From Candidatus Eiseniibacteriota bacterium (lineage in GTDB: Bacteria > Eisenbacteria > RBG-16-71-46): 64,000 bases of DNA. Positions 9,961-18,460 of this stretch are shown piece after piece. A program made the translations under genes and the position numbers. Position 1 is the stretch's first letter, and each line of letters opens with the position of its first letter. The stretch is taken from the NCBI GenBank assembly GCA_031366795.1, contig JANLOX010000245.1:14020-78019 (forward strand). The letters are read 5' to 3'. The notes under the pieces were generated by a model, which had not been told where the DNA came from, made no database searches, and saw nothing but the letters and a program-made list of their open reading frames with translations.

Positions 9961-10140
9961 GTGTAGGGGTACGAGACCTCGAAGGGTGCCATGCGTCCGC
10001 AGGGTCGACAGGCGTCCTGCCCTCGCGGCAAGGCGCACCTGTTGCATCCTGCGAACGGCAACTCCTCCTTGCCCCGGTTCGCAGGTCGGATCGTCCGATG
10101 CCTGATCAACCTGCCCGCAGTTCCAGAGGGGAATGCTTTC

Positions 10141-13100
10141 GTGCAGCGACGCTTGAGTAACGGGTGCCTTGCGGTTGTGGTGAGTCTCATGGTGCCTGCC
10201 TTAGCCGCGGCGGCCACCGTGCCGCCCCAGTTCGTCGATGAGAACATCGCTCCAGGATCGACGTTCACCGACCCCACCGCGATCGCCTACCTGCCCGGGG
10301 GCCGGCTGCTCGTCGCGGAGAAGCGCGGCCGCGTCTACTCGATCACGCAGGGCGTCAAGAGCGCGAACCCCCTGTGGTCGCGCGAGAACGAAGTGATGAA
10401 TGACGGCGACCGCGGCCTGCTGGGTCTCGCGGTCGATCCCAACTACGCCACCAACCACTACATCTACCTGCTGTACTCGGTCGACCCTGATTCGGACGGC
10501 GTCGACACCGCCCCCACGGACGACTTCGGCCGGCTCACGCGTTATCGCATCAGCTTCACCGACTCCACGACCGTCGATGCCGCCTCACGCACAATCCTGA
10601 TGGGCGTCAGCTGGCGCTATGGCCCCGTTCACTGCTTCAACTCGCATGCGGTGGGATCGCTGCGCTTTGGCGCAGACGGCAGCCTGCTGGTCTCGGCAGG
10701 CGATGGCGCCTCGTGGGCCACGACCGACGCGGGTGGGCTCGATGCGGGTGATTTCGGCGCGAGCGTCAACCAGACGGATCCCTACCAGGACATCGGTTCG
10801 TTCCGGGCGCAGTCGCTGAGCAGCCTCAACGGCAAGGTGCTGCGCATCAATCCCGCCAACGGCGCGGGTTACCGCAGCAATCCCTACTTCGACGGCAATC
10901 CCTACTCGGTCCGCTCGCGCATCTGGGCGTATGGAATGCGCAACCCGTTCCGCTTCTGCGTCCGCCCTTCCACCGGCGTTGCCGACACCTCGGCCGGAAA
11001 TCCGGGCACGCTGTTCATCGGCGATGTGGGATGGGAGACATGGGAAGAAGTCAATGTGGTCACCGCACCCGGACCGAATTTCGGCTGGCCCTGCTATGAA
11101 GGCAACGGCACCCAGCCCGCGTACCAGGCCGCCAATCCTGCCCACAACGGTTGTGGCAGCAACGGCACCGCCGACAACCCGGCGATGCAGTCCTCCCCGC
11201 TGATGACGTGGCATCACTTGGATGCCGCGCTGGGTTCGCCGGCCGGCTTCGCGGGCAACTGCGTGATCGGTGGCATGTTTTACACCGCCACGAAATATCC
11301 CGCGGTCTATCGCGGCGGTTACTTCTTCGCGGATTTCGGCACCAACTGGATTCGCTGTGCCACGCTCAACGCCAGCAACCAGGTCGTCTCGGTGAGCGAC
11401 TTCGCCACCGGCCTCACCGGCCCGGTCGACTTCGCGCCCGATCCCGTGACCGGTGATCTTGTCTACGTTGCCATCATGACCGGCGAAGTGCGGCGCATCC
11501 GCTTCACCGGCATCAATGGCAACGCGCCGCCGGTGGCCATGGGCGTAGCCAGTGTGAGCTACGGCACCTCGCCTCTGACCGTGAGCTTCTCGAGTGCGGG
11601 CACCTATGATCCGGAGGCGCAGCCGGTCACGGTGTCGTGGGCGTTCGGCGATGGTCCCTCGAGCAACATCCCAAACCCGAGTCACACCTACTTGTCGCCG
11701 GGGACTTACGCGGCGGTGCTCACCGCCGACGATGGGCAGGGGGGTGTCGGCCGCGACACCCTCATGATCGTGGTTGCCGGCTCGACCGCATTCCCTGCCT
11801 CCCCAGTGCTCGACTTGTTCAATCGCGCCGATGCCGCCTTGGCAACGCCCTGGACCGGCAACCTTACGGGACTCACCGTAACGGCCAATGCCCTCGTCTC
11901 GAGCGGCGAATACTCCTCCGCCCTGTGGGGAACCGCCGCCTACGGCGTGAACCAGGAAGCCTACGTGACACTCTCCACCGCATCGCCGCTGGCCACCGAG
12001 CAGGATCTGTTGCTCAAGGTGCAGGGTGCCGGGCCGGACGACGCCGCGATCGAAGTCTGGTACTCCGCTTCGTCCACCAGCGTCAACGTACTCACCTTCG
12101 CGCTCCAGCAGGGTTGGGTGCAACGCGGCGTGCTGTCTCCCATCAACTTCGGCCCGGGCGACCGTTTCGGCGCGCGCGCGTTGGCGAATGGCGATCTGCA
12201 AGTGTTCAGCGGGCGCGACCTGCTCGGCACGGTGAGCCTCGGCGATTGGCCATTCGCGCGGCGCGGCGGACGCATTGGGTGTTCGTTCACCGATGCCGGT
12301 GGTTCACGCTTCGACGATTTTGGCGGTGGCGACTCCAACCTCGGCGTCAGCGCCGCGCCCGTCGTACACGTGCTCATGCCCAATGGCGGCGAAGCATGGA
12401 CGGGCGGCACGGCCCACGCCATCACATGGAATGCGACGGACGACTTTGGCGTTACCTCGGTCGATGTCGCCTATCGGGAAGCCGCGAGCCCCGCGTGGCT
12501 TCCGCTGTCACTCGGCCAGGCCAACAACGGCAGCTACACGTGGTTCGTCCAGAACACCCCGAGTTCGACCGTGAAGGTCCGGGTCACCGCGCGCGACGCT
12601 TCGGGCAACGCGGGGGTTGATTCGAGCGATGCCGTCATGTCGATTCTCGCGACCCCCGGTGGTCACGTCCCGACGACCCTGCGCGATTTCCACCAGCCGG
12701 GCACGCAACCGCTCGAGGCGGGAACCTTCAGCAGCCACGACGCGTGCTACAGCTGCCATGGCGGCTACAACGCCGCGGTGGAACCCGGGCAGGGATTCCG
12801 CGGCACCATGATGGCCCAGGCGGCACGCGACCCGCTGTTCTACGCCTGCCTCGCGGTCGCCGAACAGGACGCGCCGTCGTCGGGCGACCTGTGCATCCGT
12901 TGTCACGCTCCGCTCGATTGGCTCGGCGGCCGCAGCCAGCCGACCAGTGGCGCCAACATCTCGACGCTGGGACGCGACGGCGTCACCTGCGACTTCTGCC
13001 ACCGCATGGTGGATCCCATTTACAAGCCCGGCGTCAGCCCGGCGGAGGACCAGACCGTGCTCGCCGGCATGCTTCCCGCACATGTGCCCACCAGCCGCTC

Positions 13101-14565
13101 GAATGGCCAGTATGTGGTCGACGCCAACACACGCCGCCGCGGCCCCTTCACCGACCCCGCGACACCGCACGCCTTCGTGGCGTCGCCGTTCCATTCATCG
13201 AGCGACTTGTGCGCGACCTGCCATGAAGTGTCGAACCCAGTGTTCGCCCGCGCGCACGGATCCAAGTACGTGGCGGGTCCATTCAATACCCCCGCCGACT
13301 CGATCAGCTCGGCGACGCTGATGCCGCTCGAGCGCACCTATAGCGAATGGAAAAACAGCGCATTCCCCACCGGCGTGTTCGCGCCGCAGTTCGCGGGCAA
13401 CATTCCCGATGGCACGGTGCGCTCCTGCCAGGATTGCCACATGCGCGACGTGACCGGGCAGGGCTGTGACTACGGCACGCCGCCGGTGCGCTCCAACCTG
13501 CCGATGCACGACATGATGGGCGGCAATGCCTGGGCGGGCGGCGTCATTGCCTCGATGTTCCCGAATGAAGTCGATGCCGCTGCGCTGGCCGCGGGTGCGG
13601 CGCGTGCGGTGTCGATGCTGCAGAAGGCCGCGACCGTGGATGTCCGCGTGCTGCCGCAGGGGGATAGCCTGCGCGCCACCGTGGTGGTCACGAACCACAC
13701 CGGTCACAAGCTGCCGACGGGCTACCCGGAAGGCCGCAGGATGTGGATCCATCTCGTGGCGAAGGATGGCGCAGGCAACGTCGTCTACCAGTCGGGCGTT
13801 TACAACGCGTCGACGGGTGTGTTGGCGCGCGATGCCAAGGCGCGGATTTACGAAGCCGAACTCGGGCTCTCCCCCGCATTCGCGACGCAGCTGGGCCTGC
13901 CGGCGGGACCGAGCTTCCACTTCGCCTTGAACGACACGCTGTATAAGGACAACCGCATTCCGCCGGCGGGTTTCACCAACGCGGCGTACGATGTGTTCGG
14001 TGGCGCGCCGGTGGATCTCGAGGGGCCGACGCCGCGCTACGCCGACAACCAGAACTGGGACATCGCGACCTACACGCTGCCCGCCGCCGCGGCCTCGGTG
14101 GTGGCGACGCTCTACTACCAGACGACCTCGAAGGAATACGTCGAATTCCTCAAATCGGAGAATACCACCAACGCCGCAGGGCAGACCCTGCAGACGGCGT
14201 GGACCAGCAACGGCCGCGCGGCGCCGGTGGTGATGGCGAGTGACTCGACACGCACCCAGGTGCTCAGCGTCACGGACTCAGCCTTGCCGCGCACCGTGGC
14301 GTTGCGCGCGCTGGCGAACCCGTTCCGCGGCCCCCTCAACCTGATGCTGTCGCTGCCGCGCTCCGCCAGCGTGCGCTTCGAAATCATCGATGTCGCAGGC
14401 CGCGTGGTGCGGCGAATGACGCCGCAGCGCGTCGCCGCGGGCGAGCAGCGCCTGAGTTGGGATGGCCGCGATGCCGATGGTCACGCCGCCCATCCGGGCG
14501 CCTACTGGGCGAGCGTATGGGTGGATGACCAGCGCCTGGTGAAGAACGTCGTTTCATTGCGCTAG
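10141..14565 (+). CDS. Secreted PQQ-dependent sugar dehydrogenase (GSDH) + PKD + Ig-like + multiheme (5x CxxCH) cytochrome c + FlgD-Ig C-terminal domain
   Basis: Signal peptide; GSDH motifs DRGLLGLAVDPNY, SHAVGSLRFGADG, GKVLRI, AYGMRNPFRF, GDVGW..WEEVN, NFGWPCYEG; PKD (WAFGDG..PSHTY..PGTY); hemes CYSCH, CIRCH, CDFCH, CATCH, CQDCH; C-terminus NPF..IIDVAGRVVR..WDGRDADG..PGAY. GTG start inferred. Confidence 0.85.
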   Translation: MQRRLSNGCLAVVVSLMVPALAAAATVPPQFVDENIAPGSTFTDPTAIAYLPGGRLLVAEKRGRVYSITQGVKSANPLWSRENEVMNDGDRGLLGLAVDPNYATNHYIYLLYSVDPDSDGVDTAPTDDFGRLTRYRISFTDSTTVDAASRTILMGVSWRYGPVHCFNSHAVGSLRFGADGSLLVSAGDGASWATTDAGGLDAGDFGASVNQTDPYQDIGSFRAQSLSSLNGKVLRINPANGAGYRSNPYFDGNPYSVRSRIWAYGMRNPFRFCVRPSTGVADTSAGNPGTLFIGDVGWETWEEVNVVTAPGPNFGWPCYEGNGTQPAYQAANPAHNGCGSNGTADNPAMQSSPLMTWHHLDAALGSPAGFAGNCVIGGMFYTATKYPAVYRGGYFFADFGTNWIRCATLNASNQVVSVSDFATGLTGPVDFAPDPVTGDLVYVAIMTGEVRRIRFTGINGNAPPVAMGVASVSYGTSPLTVSFSSAGTYDPEAQPVTVSWAFGDGPSSNIPNPSHTYLSPGTYAAVLTADDGQGGVGRDTLMIVVAGSTAFPASPVLDLFNRADAALATPWTGNLTGLTVTANALVSSGEYSSALWGTAAYGVNQEAYVTLSTASPLATEQDLLLKVQGAGPDDAAIEVWYSASSTSVNVLTFALQQGWVQRGVLSPINFGPGDRFGARALANGDLQVFSGRDLLGTVSLGDWPFARRGGRIGCSFTDAGGSRFDDFGGGDSNLGVSAAPVVHVLMPNGGEAWTGGTAHAITWNATDDFGVTSVDVAYREAASPAWLPLSLGQANNGSYTWFVQNTPSSTVKVRVTARDASGNAGVDSSDAVMSILATPGGHVPTTLRDFHQPGTQPLEAGTFSSHDACYSCHGGYNAAVEPGQGFRGTMMAQAARDPLFYACLAVAEQDAPSSGDLCIRCHAPLDWLGGRSQPTSGANISTLGRDGVTCDFCHRMVDPIYKPGVSPAEDQTVLAGMLPAHVPTSRSNGQYVVDANTRRRGPFTDPATPHAFVASPFHSSSDLCATCHEVSNPVFARAHGSKYVAGPFNTPADSISSATLMPLERTYSEWKNSAFPTGVFAPQFAGNIPDGTVRSCQDCHMRDVTGQGCDYGTPPVRSNLPMHDMMGGNAWAGGVIASMFPNEVDAAALAAGAARAVSMLQKAATVDVRVLPQGDSLRATVVVTNHTGHKLPTGYPEGRRMWIHLVAKDGAGNVVYQSGVYNASTGVLARDAKARIYEAELGLSPAFATQLGLPAGPSFHFALNDTLYKDNRIPPAGFTNAAYDVFGGAPVDLEGPTPRYADNQNWDIATYTLPAAAASVVATLYYQTTSKEYVEFLKSENTTNAAGQTLQTAWTSNGRAAPVVMASDSTRTQVLSVTDSALPRTVALRALANPFRGPLNLMLSLPRSASVRFEIIDVAGRVVRRMTPQRVAAGEQRLSWDGRDADGHAAHPGAYWASVWVDDQRLVKNVVSLR

Positions 14566-14845
14566 CCGGCCGCTCCAAACCCCCGATTGTTGCGTGGGCT
14601 TGTTGCGTTGATTTCGTAGCCCCCTGGGTGTGAGCGGCTGTGCTCGTCCGTGAAAGAGTGCGGTTCCATGCGCGGCGGCAACCCGCGTGTGAACTGGCCG
14701 CGCAGCCTGAGCATGGCGCGCAGCGCAGGCCGGGTCAGCGGCAGCGGCTGTAGGAAGCCGAACGAGCGCAACCTATCGTCGTCCAGCATGGCACAGATGC
14801 CCTAGCGCCAGTCGGGAGTATGAGCCGCGGGGGCATCCCCACCCT
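14562..14845 (-). pseudogene. Probable C-terminal remnant of a DUF2236/MpaB-like oxygenase
   Basis: GICAMLDDDRLRSFGF.QPLP.TR.ALR.MLRLRG...LPPR.EPH.FTD....HP.GYEI resembles the DUF2236 C-terminus as I recall it; an in-frame TAG lies just upstream and no N-terminal domain is present. Confidence 0.45.
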
Positions 14846-14884
14846 TCGCAGGGATGCACCCGCACCCTTCGCAAAAACAAAGCT

Positions 14885-14932
14885 TTGACGGATCCCGGGT
14901 ACTGGTGCTAGATTTTCAGCACATGCTGAAAA
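14885..14932 (+). promoter_or_regulatory. Sigma-70 promoter with overlapping palindromic operator for the blaI-like operon
   Basis: TTGACG (14885-14890), TGc-TAGATT (14909-14914), and perfect inverted repeat TTTTCAGCA-CA-TGCTGAAAA (14913-14932); locally AT-rich. Confidence 0.7.
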
Positions 14933-14957
14933 AACAACAGTCGATCCGGAGGGGCGC

Positions 14958-15347
14958 ATGAAGGAACTCCAAACATTGAGCCGCCGTGAGCGTGAGATCA
15001 TGGACATCGTGTTCGGCACCGGCGCCGCGTGTGCCACCGCCACCGAAGTGCGTGAACGCATGCCCGATGCGCCGAGCTATTCCGCGGTGCGCGCGACGAT
15101 GCGCGTGCTTGAGCAGAAGGGCCTGCTCAAGCATGAACACGACGGCAAGCGCTATGTTTACCGGCCGACGCTGCATCCGCTGAAGGCGCGCAAGAACGCC
15201 ATCACCCACCTCGTGAACACCTTCTTTGATGGCTCGGCCGCCGGAGCCTTGCTGACGCTGCTCGAACAGCCCGGCAATGACATCACGCCTGCCGAGTTGG
15301 ACCGCATGGCGCAATGGATCGATCGCGCGCGAAAGGAAGGCCGCTAA
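14958..15347 (+). CDS. BlaI/MecI/CopY family transcriptional repressor
   Basis: LSRREREIMDIV, YSAVRATMRVLEQKGLL, RYVYRP, LVNTFFDGS. Confidence 0.93.
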   Translation: MKELQTLSRREREIMDIVFGTGAACATATEVRERMPDAPSYSAVRATMRVLEQKGLLKHEHDGKRYVYRPTLHPLKARKNAITHLVNTFFDGSAAGALLTLLEQPGNDITPAELDRMAQWIDRARKEGR

Positions 15348-17797
15348 TGGGTTCCTGGAGCTCCGCCGTGGGGTCAGCCGCGGATGCGGTGACTGCAGGT
15401 TCCGTGCTGCTGTTCCTCCTGCGCGTGACGATTGTCGCCGCGACCGGGCGCCTGCTGCTGGCCCTGTTGCCGAAGGCCTCAGCCGCGTCGCGCCACTTGG
15501 TCGCCACCGTGACGCTGGCGGCACTCGTGGCTTTGCCCATCGTGATGGCGGTGGTTCCCGCCTGGAAGTTGCCGATGCTTCCCCAGCGGGAGTCGTTCCG
15601 CGTTGCGGCTCCCGCCTTGTCGGTGACGACCGCGGAGACATTCGTTCGTCGCACCTACGATGAGGTGGATGGCGATGTTCCGTTCGCTGCCGCAACACCG
15701 CGTTCCACCCCTGCCGCGCCTCGTGCGGCGCTTCCCAGCGCAACGCCCCGCTCGCCCGCGATTCCCATGACGTGGCCACTGGCGTTGACCCTCGTGGTGA
15801 TTGGCGCCTCCGAGCTGATGCTGTTGCGCTGCGCGTTGTCGCTGGCGGCGGCTGCATGGTTCGCGCGCTGCGCGGACGACGTGACGGAGCCCGGGTTGAT
15901 CGAGGCATTCGATGCGGCTCGCGGCCAGCTCAATGTAGGGCGCAACGTCAACCTGCGTATCACCTCGCGCGTTTCGGTTCCCGTCGTCGCGGGAGTATTC
16001 CATCCGACGCTGCTGCTGCCCCCCGAAGCGCGCGCCTGGAGTCGTGAGCGCCTGGACGTCGTGTTCCTCCACGAGTTGGCTCACGTCCAGCGGCTCGACA
16101 CCTTATCGCTGGTGGTGGCGCGCCTGGCCGGTGGACTCTATTGGTTCCATCCCATCGTTCGCGGGCTGGCGCTCGAGGCGCGACGCGATTGCGAACAGGC
16201 GTGTGACGATCGCGTGCTGGCGAGCGGGATCCGCGCTTCAGTCTATGCAGAGCATTTGCTGACCATCGCCCGCACAGCCGCGGTCCGCGATCCGTTGGGC
16301 ACTGCGGTGCTGGCGATCGCGCGGCCGTCCAACCTCGAACAACGCCTGTCATCGATCCTGAGCTTGGGCGTTGAACGCGCCCCTGCCTCACGCGGCGCCG
16401 TCGCGCTCGCCGCGCTACTCGGTGCGCTGCTGCTGCTGCCGCTGGCCTCGGTACATGTCACCGCGGCGCCCGCTCACGCTGCGAGCAAGACTGACACGCT
16501 CGTTTGGCGCTCGAACCGCGTGGCGCCCGTCGCGCCGGTGGCATCACGCCGGCCTGCCCCGGCTTTGCGCGCGCTCGCACCACCGGCAGCTCCCGCAGCC
16601 CCTTCGGCGCCTGGCATCCCGGCTCCCGTGGGTAATTCATGGAGCAGCTCGTCAAACTCCGGGGGGGACAACTACCCGGACCGTTCCGGACGCGATTGGT
16701 ATTCACGCGCGCGCCGTAACTACGAGCGCGACCATTACGCCGAGTCGGGCGACCAGTACGAACGCGCGGCTCGCGCCGGCTACAACATCGAAACGGCGTT
16801 CTACGATGCCGCCTGCTCCTACTCCCTGGCGCACCAGACCGAACGCGCCTTCTCGGCGCTGCGTGACGCGGCCAATGCGGGTTGGGACGATGCGGACCAG
16901 ATGAACTCGGACGATGACTTCGACTTCATCCGCCATGACCACCGCTTCAAGGAGATCGTCGAGGAGGTGCGTCACGCCGATCCCGATGAGGCGGATCGCA
17001 AGTCTGCGAGCGCAGAATTAAAGGCGCTGCGCTCGCAGCGCTCGAGCGACGCCAATGACTGGGGCAGCAGCGGCGTGTCCCTGATGCACTCGGGCGACCC
17101 GGCGAAGGCCGTGACTGCATTCGAGACCCAGATCAAGATCAGGCCAACGGCGAACGCGCTGTACAACCTGGCGTGCGCCCATGCGCTCAATGGCGACCAC
17201 CGTGCGGCGTATGAGGCGCTGGAGCGTTCAATCGCCGCCGGATTCAGCAGCCCGGAGCACATGCGCAAGGATGATGACCTCGAAGCCCTGCAGGGTGAGA
17301 AGCGCTTCGATGAACTCGTACGCATGACGGAGATGCTCGAGTTGAACGACGAGCACCTGAGCGACAACGAGCCGGCCGGCTGGAGCAAGACGCTGCCCCG
17401 CTACCAGCGGGTGTCGCAGCAATATCCCAACGTGGGCAGGGCGTGGTTCAACCTCGGCTATGCGCAACTTCGCGCGCGCCGGTTCGAGGACAGCCGCGCG
17501 TCGTTCGAACGGGGGCTGGAACTCGGCTACCGCCGCGGCACCTCGATGTACGACTTGGCCTGCGTCTCGGCGCAACTGCGCGAGCCGAGCGAAGCGGTGA
17601 AATGGCTGCAGCGCGCGAAGGCCGAAGGCATGGAGCTCGCCCTCTATCTCGCGACCGATCGCGACCTCGACCCCATTCGCTCGGATTCCGGTTTCCGTGA
17701 ATTCAAGCGCAGCGTTGGGGACGAAACCTTCGAGCGGGGACGCCGGACACTGAAGCAGAAGCTCGACAAGCTGGGACGCGCGCTCGACGATATGTAG
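15347..17797 (+). CDS. M56 (BlaR1/MecR1-type) metallopeptidase with C-terminal TPR repeats
   Basis: TM helices; P.V.G.F.P.LLLP, VFLHELAHVQRLD, YWFHP, EQACDDRVL, YAEHLL, LEQRL; Pro/Ala linker; three TPR-end modules; TAATG overlap with blaI. Confidence 0.9.
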   Translation: MGSWSSAVGSAADAVTAGSVLLFLLRVTIVAATGRLLLALLPKASAASRHLVATVTLAALVALPIVMAVVPAWKLPMLPQRESFRVAAPALSVTTAETFVRRTYDEVDGDVPFAAATPRSTPAAPRAALPSATPRSPAIPMTWPLALTLVVIGASELMLLRCALSLAAAAWFARCADDVTEPGLIEAFDAARGQLNVGRNVNLRITSRVSVPVVAGVFHPTLLLPPEARAWSRERLDVVFLHELAHVQRLDTLSLVVARLAGGLYWFHPIVRGLALEARRDCEQACDDRVLASGIRASVYAEHLLTIARTAAVRDPLGTAVLAIARPSNLEQRLSSILSLGVERAPASRGAVALAALLGALLLLPLASVHVTAAPAHAASKTDTLVWRSNRVAPVAPVASRRPAPALRALAPPAAPAAPSAPGIPAPVGNSWSSSSNSGGDNYPDRSGRDWYSRARRNYERDHYAESGDQYERAARAGYNIETAFYDAACSYSLAHQTERAFSALRDAANAGWDDADQMNSDDDFDFIRHDHRFKEIVEEVRHADPDEADRKSASAELKALRSQRSSDANDWGSSGVSLMHSGDPAKAVTAFETQIKIRPTANALYNLACAHALNGDHRAAYEALERSIAAGFSSPEHMRKDDDLEALQGEKRFDELVRMTEMLELNDEHLSDNEPAGWSKTLPRYQRVSQQYPNVGRAWFNLGYAQLRARRFEDSRASFERGLELGYRRGTSMYDLACVSAQLREPSEAVKWLQRAKAEGMELALYLATDRDLDPIRSDSGFREFKRSVGDETFERGRRTLKQKLDKLGRALDDM

Positions 17798-17840
17798 CCG
17801 GTGGAGCACGGCGGCGATCCCGCTGCCACGCCCGCCCTCC

Positions 17841-17940
17841 AAGTGCCCGGAACCGTAGCTGGACGCGAGACGGGTCGTCGCGCGCCGGAGCGGCACGCAA
17901 TCGCAGGGCCGCGAGGCGCCGGGATTGCATCCGGGCACTT
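17841..17940. other. Structured intergenic element (11-bp terminal inverted repeat enclosing two hairpins)
   Basis: AAGTGCCCGGA (17841-17851) pairs with TCCGGGCACTT (17930-17940); internal GCAATC..GCC-GCGA-GGC..GATTGC arm. Confidence 0.45.
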
Positions 17941-18036
17941 TGAGTTGCTGTCTTGCGCGGGCAGACGTCCCTCCTGCCCTGTGATAGTGGCCCTCAAGTG
18001 CCAGGGAGTCGTCGCTTCGGGTATCATTGGGGCCAC

Positions 18037-18435
18037 ATGAAGACCCTCAGCACGGAAGAGGCGGCCCGGCTGCTGCAGCTCAACGTAAAAGCGGTCCAAC
18101 GCAGGGCCAGGGCGGGAACGCTCCCGGCGGTGCGGGTCGGCCGCAAGTGGCTGTTTCACGAGGACCAACTGCAGCGCCTGCTCGGCCGCGCCACAAATGA
18201 CGCCTCGGCTCCGGTGCTCGAACTGAGCGCCCGCAACCGGCTCAAGGGAACCATCACGCGACTCCACGTCGATGGCCTGATGGCGGAGGTCCTGTTGCGC
18301 ATCGGCGACCAGGAACTGGTGGCGATCATCACGCGCTCTTCATGCGAGCGGATGGGTCTCGAGGTGGGCGCCGAAGTGTTCGCCGTCATCAAGTCCACCG
18401 AAGTGATGATCGGGCGGCTGGGGCGCGACGCGTGA
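18037..18435 (+). CDS. Excisionase-type HTH + TOBE (molybdate-binding) regulator
   Basis: LSTEEAARLLQLN...G.LPAVRVGRKWLF, then LSARNRLKGTI...AIITRSS..MGLEVGAEVFAVIKSTEV. Confidence 0.9.
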   Translation: MKTLSTEEAARLLQLNVKAVQRRARAGTLPAVRVGRKWLFHEDQLQRLLGRATNDASAPVLELSARNRLKGTITRLHVDGLMAEVLLRIGDQELVAIITRSSCERMGLEVGAEVFAVIKSTEVMIGRLGRDA

Positions 18436-18460
18436 CGCCTCGGGCGTTGAGCGCATCGCG

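Noticed and set aside
10585..12201. 538-aa minus-strand ORF
   Set aside because: Antisense to the GSDH-cytochrome fusion.
18037..18200. Excisionase-like HTH as a mobile-element marker
   Set aside because: It is fused to TOBE in front of modBC, so it is a molybdate regulator.
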